Made by a program: the position numbers and the translations under genes
Shown: piece after piece, positions 62,316 through 64,000 of the stretch
Numbering within the stretch: position 1 is the stretch's first letter
Layout of the letters: every line of letters starts with the position of its first letter
Notes under the pieces: generated by a model
Database searches by the model: none
What the model saw: only the letters and a program-made list of their open reading frames with translations
Told to the model about the DNA's origin: nothing
Source: Paraphysomonas bandaiensis
Lineage: Eukaryota; Protista; Chrysophyceae
Direction of reading: 5' to 3'
Assembly (NCBI GenBank): GCA_965644295.1
Contig: CBFFRP010000024.1
Span: 1 to 64,000, forward strand
DNA: 64,000 nt

Positions 62316-63145
62316 TTGCTGATCTCAGTGATATGGAGTACACTCCTGAATAGAGTATAATACAGATAGAGACTATGAGAGGGATCTTGCGGAGCATATA
62401 CATCCACTAAATACTGTACAGTGGTGTGTGAATAGTAATTGTAGAGGGAATGAGTAGAAGAAAGCGTATGTAACTGTCCATTGTTGCTGTGTTTAGTAAT
62501 ACGACCACTGCAGTATTAAAATCATGTGGAATTTGGATTCTTATGGTAAAGTAGTGATTATTGATTCTTACTGTCATACGATTTTGACTGTACCAGCATT
62601 GAATTTGAAGGCCTTTGGTGTGTTGTTGAGCAAGAGTTTAGGATGTCTGTTCTGGGGGCCGCTATGGAGATTTAGTAATACGACAACTTTTGCATATAGT
62701 GCATCAGCTGTATTATGTTGGTAGTAGGGCCTTAATTGAGTGTGATAATGATGTTCCTATTGAACTAAAAAGTATAATTTGTTCCTACTTAATTTTGCAG
62801 ATGTTCCTACTAAACTTAAATGGCAGTTGTGCCATATTTAAGTATAGTAGAATCGATAAAAATTTAGCTTAGTTGGAATGTATGCAAAATTTAGCAGGCT
62901 CAGCTGCCATTTTTATTTTAGTAATAACAAATGAAAAATTTAGTAGGGACTAATATATTTTCGCAAGTCAGAGTTATGGTGCGAATACGAGTGCTATTGT
63001 ACCATTGGCACCAATACAGTGTAATACTGCAGCACGGTTATTTTATATTTTCACATTTCTTAACTTTACCAACTGATTCAGCTCACAATAACTGAATTAA
63101 CAAATTAGAGTATTGTAGTAATATTGTTTATAGTCATTATATATA

Positions 63146-63651
63146 TTGAAAGTCTTATTATTAGCAATATGCGTTAAAAACCTGCACCAACTTAGTAGCT
63201 AGATGAATGCTAGACAAAGTAGTTAGACCTCTACCTGTAACTAATCAGTACACGCTTTTTTATCCTACTATTTAACGCTACGGAAGCTGCTTGTGCGTCG
63301 CCGCAAGCACCAAGGTGCGACCACTTCCGCTCTGAGTTCTTAAGGTGAACATCCCGGATGCTTGACTTCGGCAGGCAGCCCAATACCCCGGTTACCCTTC
63401 AGGTGGGCCCTGTCCCGGATGCCCTTGAAATGGACCCATTCCCGGATGCCTGTTTATTCGTCAGGGCCCAAAGACGTCTACACAAGTGACACTTATTGGT
63501 GTCCCTTGTACCACACAAGCATTCGGCTATGAGTGGGCAGAAGAATATCTGCTGACTATGTTTGCGGCTCACGTTAGTTTCCCAGAGAAATAACTCCGGT
63601 ACTTATCCCCCAGAACACCACGAAAAGGTGCGAGTCCGACTTTGTTGAGGG
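63146..63651 (-). mobile_element. Copy C of a short ingi/RIME-like non-autonomous retroposon (506 bp) with a 15-bp TSD
   Basis: Perfect direct repeat TAGTCATTATATATA at 63131-63145 and 63652-63666. Same CCCTCAACAAAG 5' end as copies A and B. Confidence 0.9.
63564..63651 (-). ncRNA. Predicted HDV-like self-cleaving ribozyme at the 5' end of copy C
   Basis: CCCUCAACAAAGUCGGACUCGCACCUUUUCGUGGUGUUCUGGGGGAUAAGUACCGGAGUUAUUUCUCUGGGAAACUAACGUGAGCCGC folds by hand into the P1/P2/P3/P4 nested pseudoknot. Confidence 0.72.
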
Positions 63652-64000
63652 TAGTCATTATATATACAAACATATAAACGATCACCGTGTCAAACCATAC
63701 ATATTCTCTAGATCTTGAACAGACACTATTACCTCATACAGCTACTATACATCTATACATTGCTTATTATTTTCAAGTGTACTCAGTATATATTTTATAT
63801 TGTCTTTTGTACTGTATGTAGCATGTATACATTTGCACCTTAACGGCTATTTCTATGCAGGGCTGGGAAACAATATATTGCAATACTATTGTTAGAGAGC
63901 GTTCCATCAATAGTATTGATGGAGGCTTTAAACAGGCCCAACAATACAATTACACTATATTGCAATATATTAGCATGACTATATATGAAAGTCTGATTAT

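Overview
Eukaryotic (not prokaryotic) nuclear DNA. It is gene-dense with very short GT-AG introns (about 43-60 nt), and the gene content suggests a stramenopile, possibly an ochrophyte or chrysophyte-like protist (inference). About 14 host genes are supported: a cupredoxin-like secreted protein, a GIDE-like protein, PP2C, a Zn-motif GNAT, DUF1769/DUF547, an LRR protein, two F-box/ankyrin-like paralogues, a GAF-C2-WW protein, aminopeptidase P, a giant LamG/C-lectin/REJ membrane receptor, a canopy/saposin-like protein, a TatD-associated radical-SAM-like protein and NCA2. The mobile DNA is the most interesting part. (1) An intact, very young Copia LTR retrotransposon (52957-57941) has CG...CG termini instead of TG...CA. 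It has no tRNA primer-binding site; instead a perfect 16-nt complement between the LTR and the PBS position suggests Tf1-like self-priming. Its integrase appears to have a D,D,D triad. (2) A ~0.5-kb non-coding retroposon family (3 copies, 11-15-bp TSDs) begins with a predicted HDV-like ribozyme resembling the ingi/L1Tc/RIME 5' signature. (3) A 3.8-kb foldback element has 1.2-1.3-kb arms around a SWIM/AT-hook (Mutator-like) remnant. Also present are two inverted F-box/ankyrin paralogues with near-identical N-termini but different repeat arrays, an ORF split by an inversion, tandem arrays and a recurrent promoter-region motif. All calls were made by eye; no searches were run.
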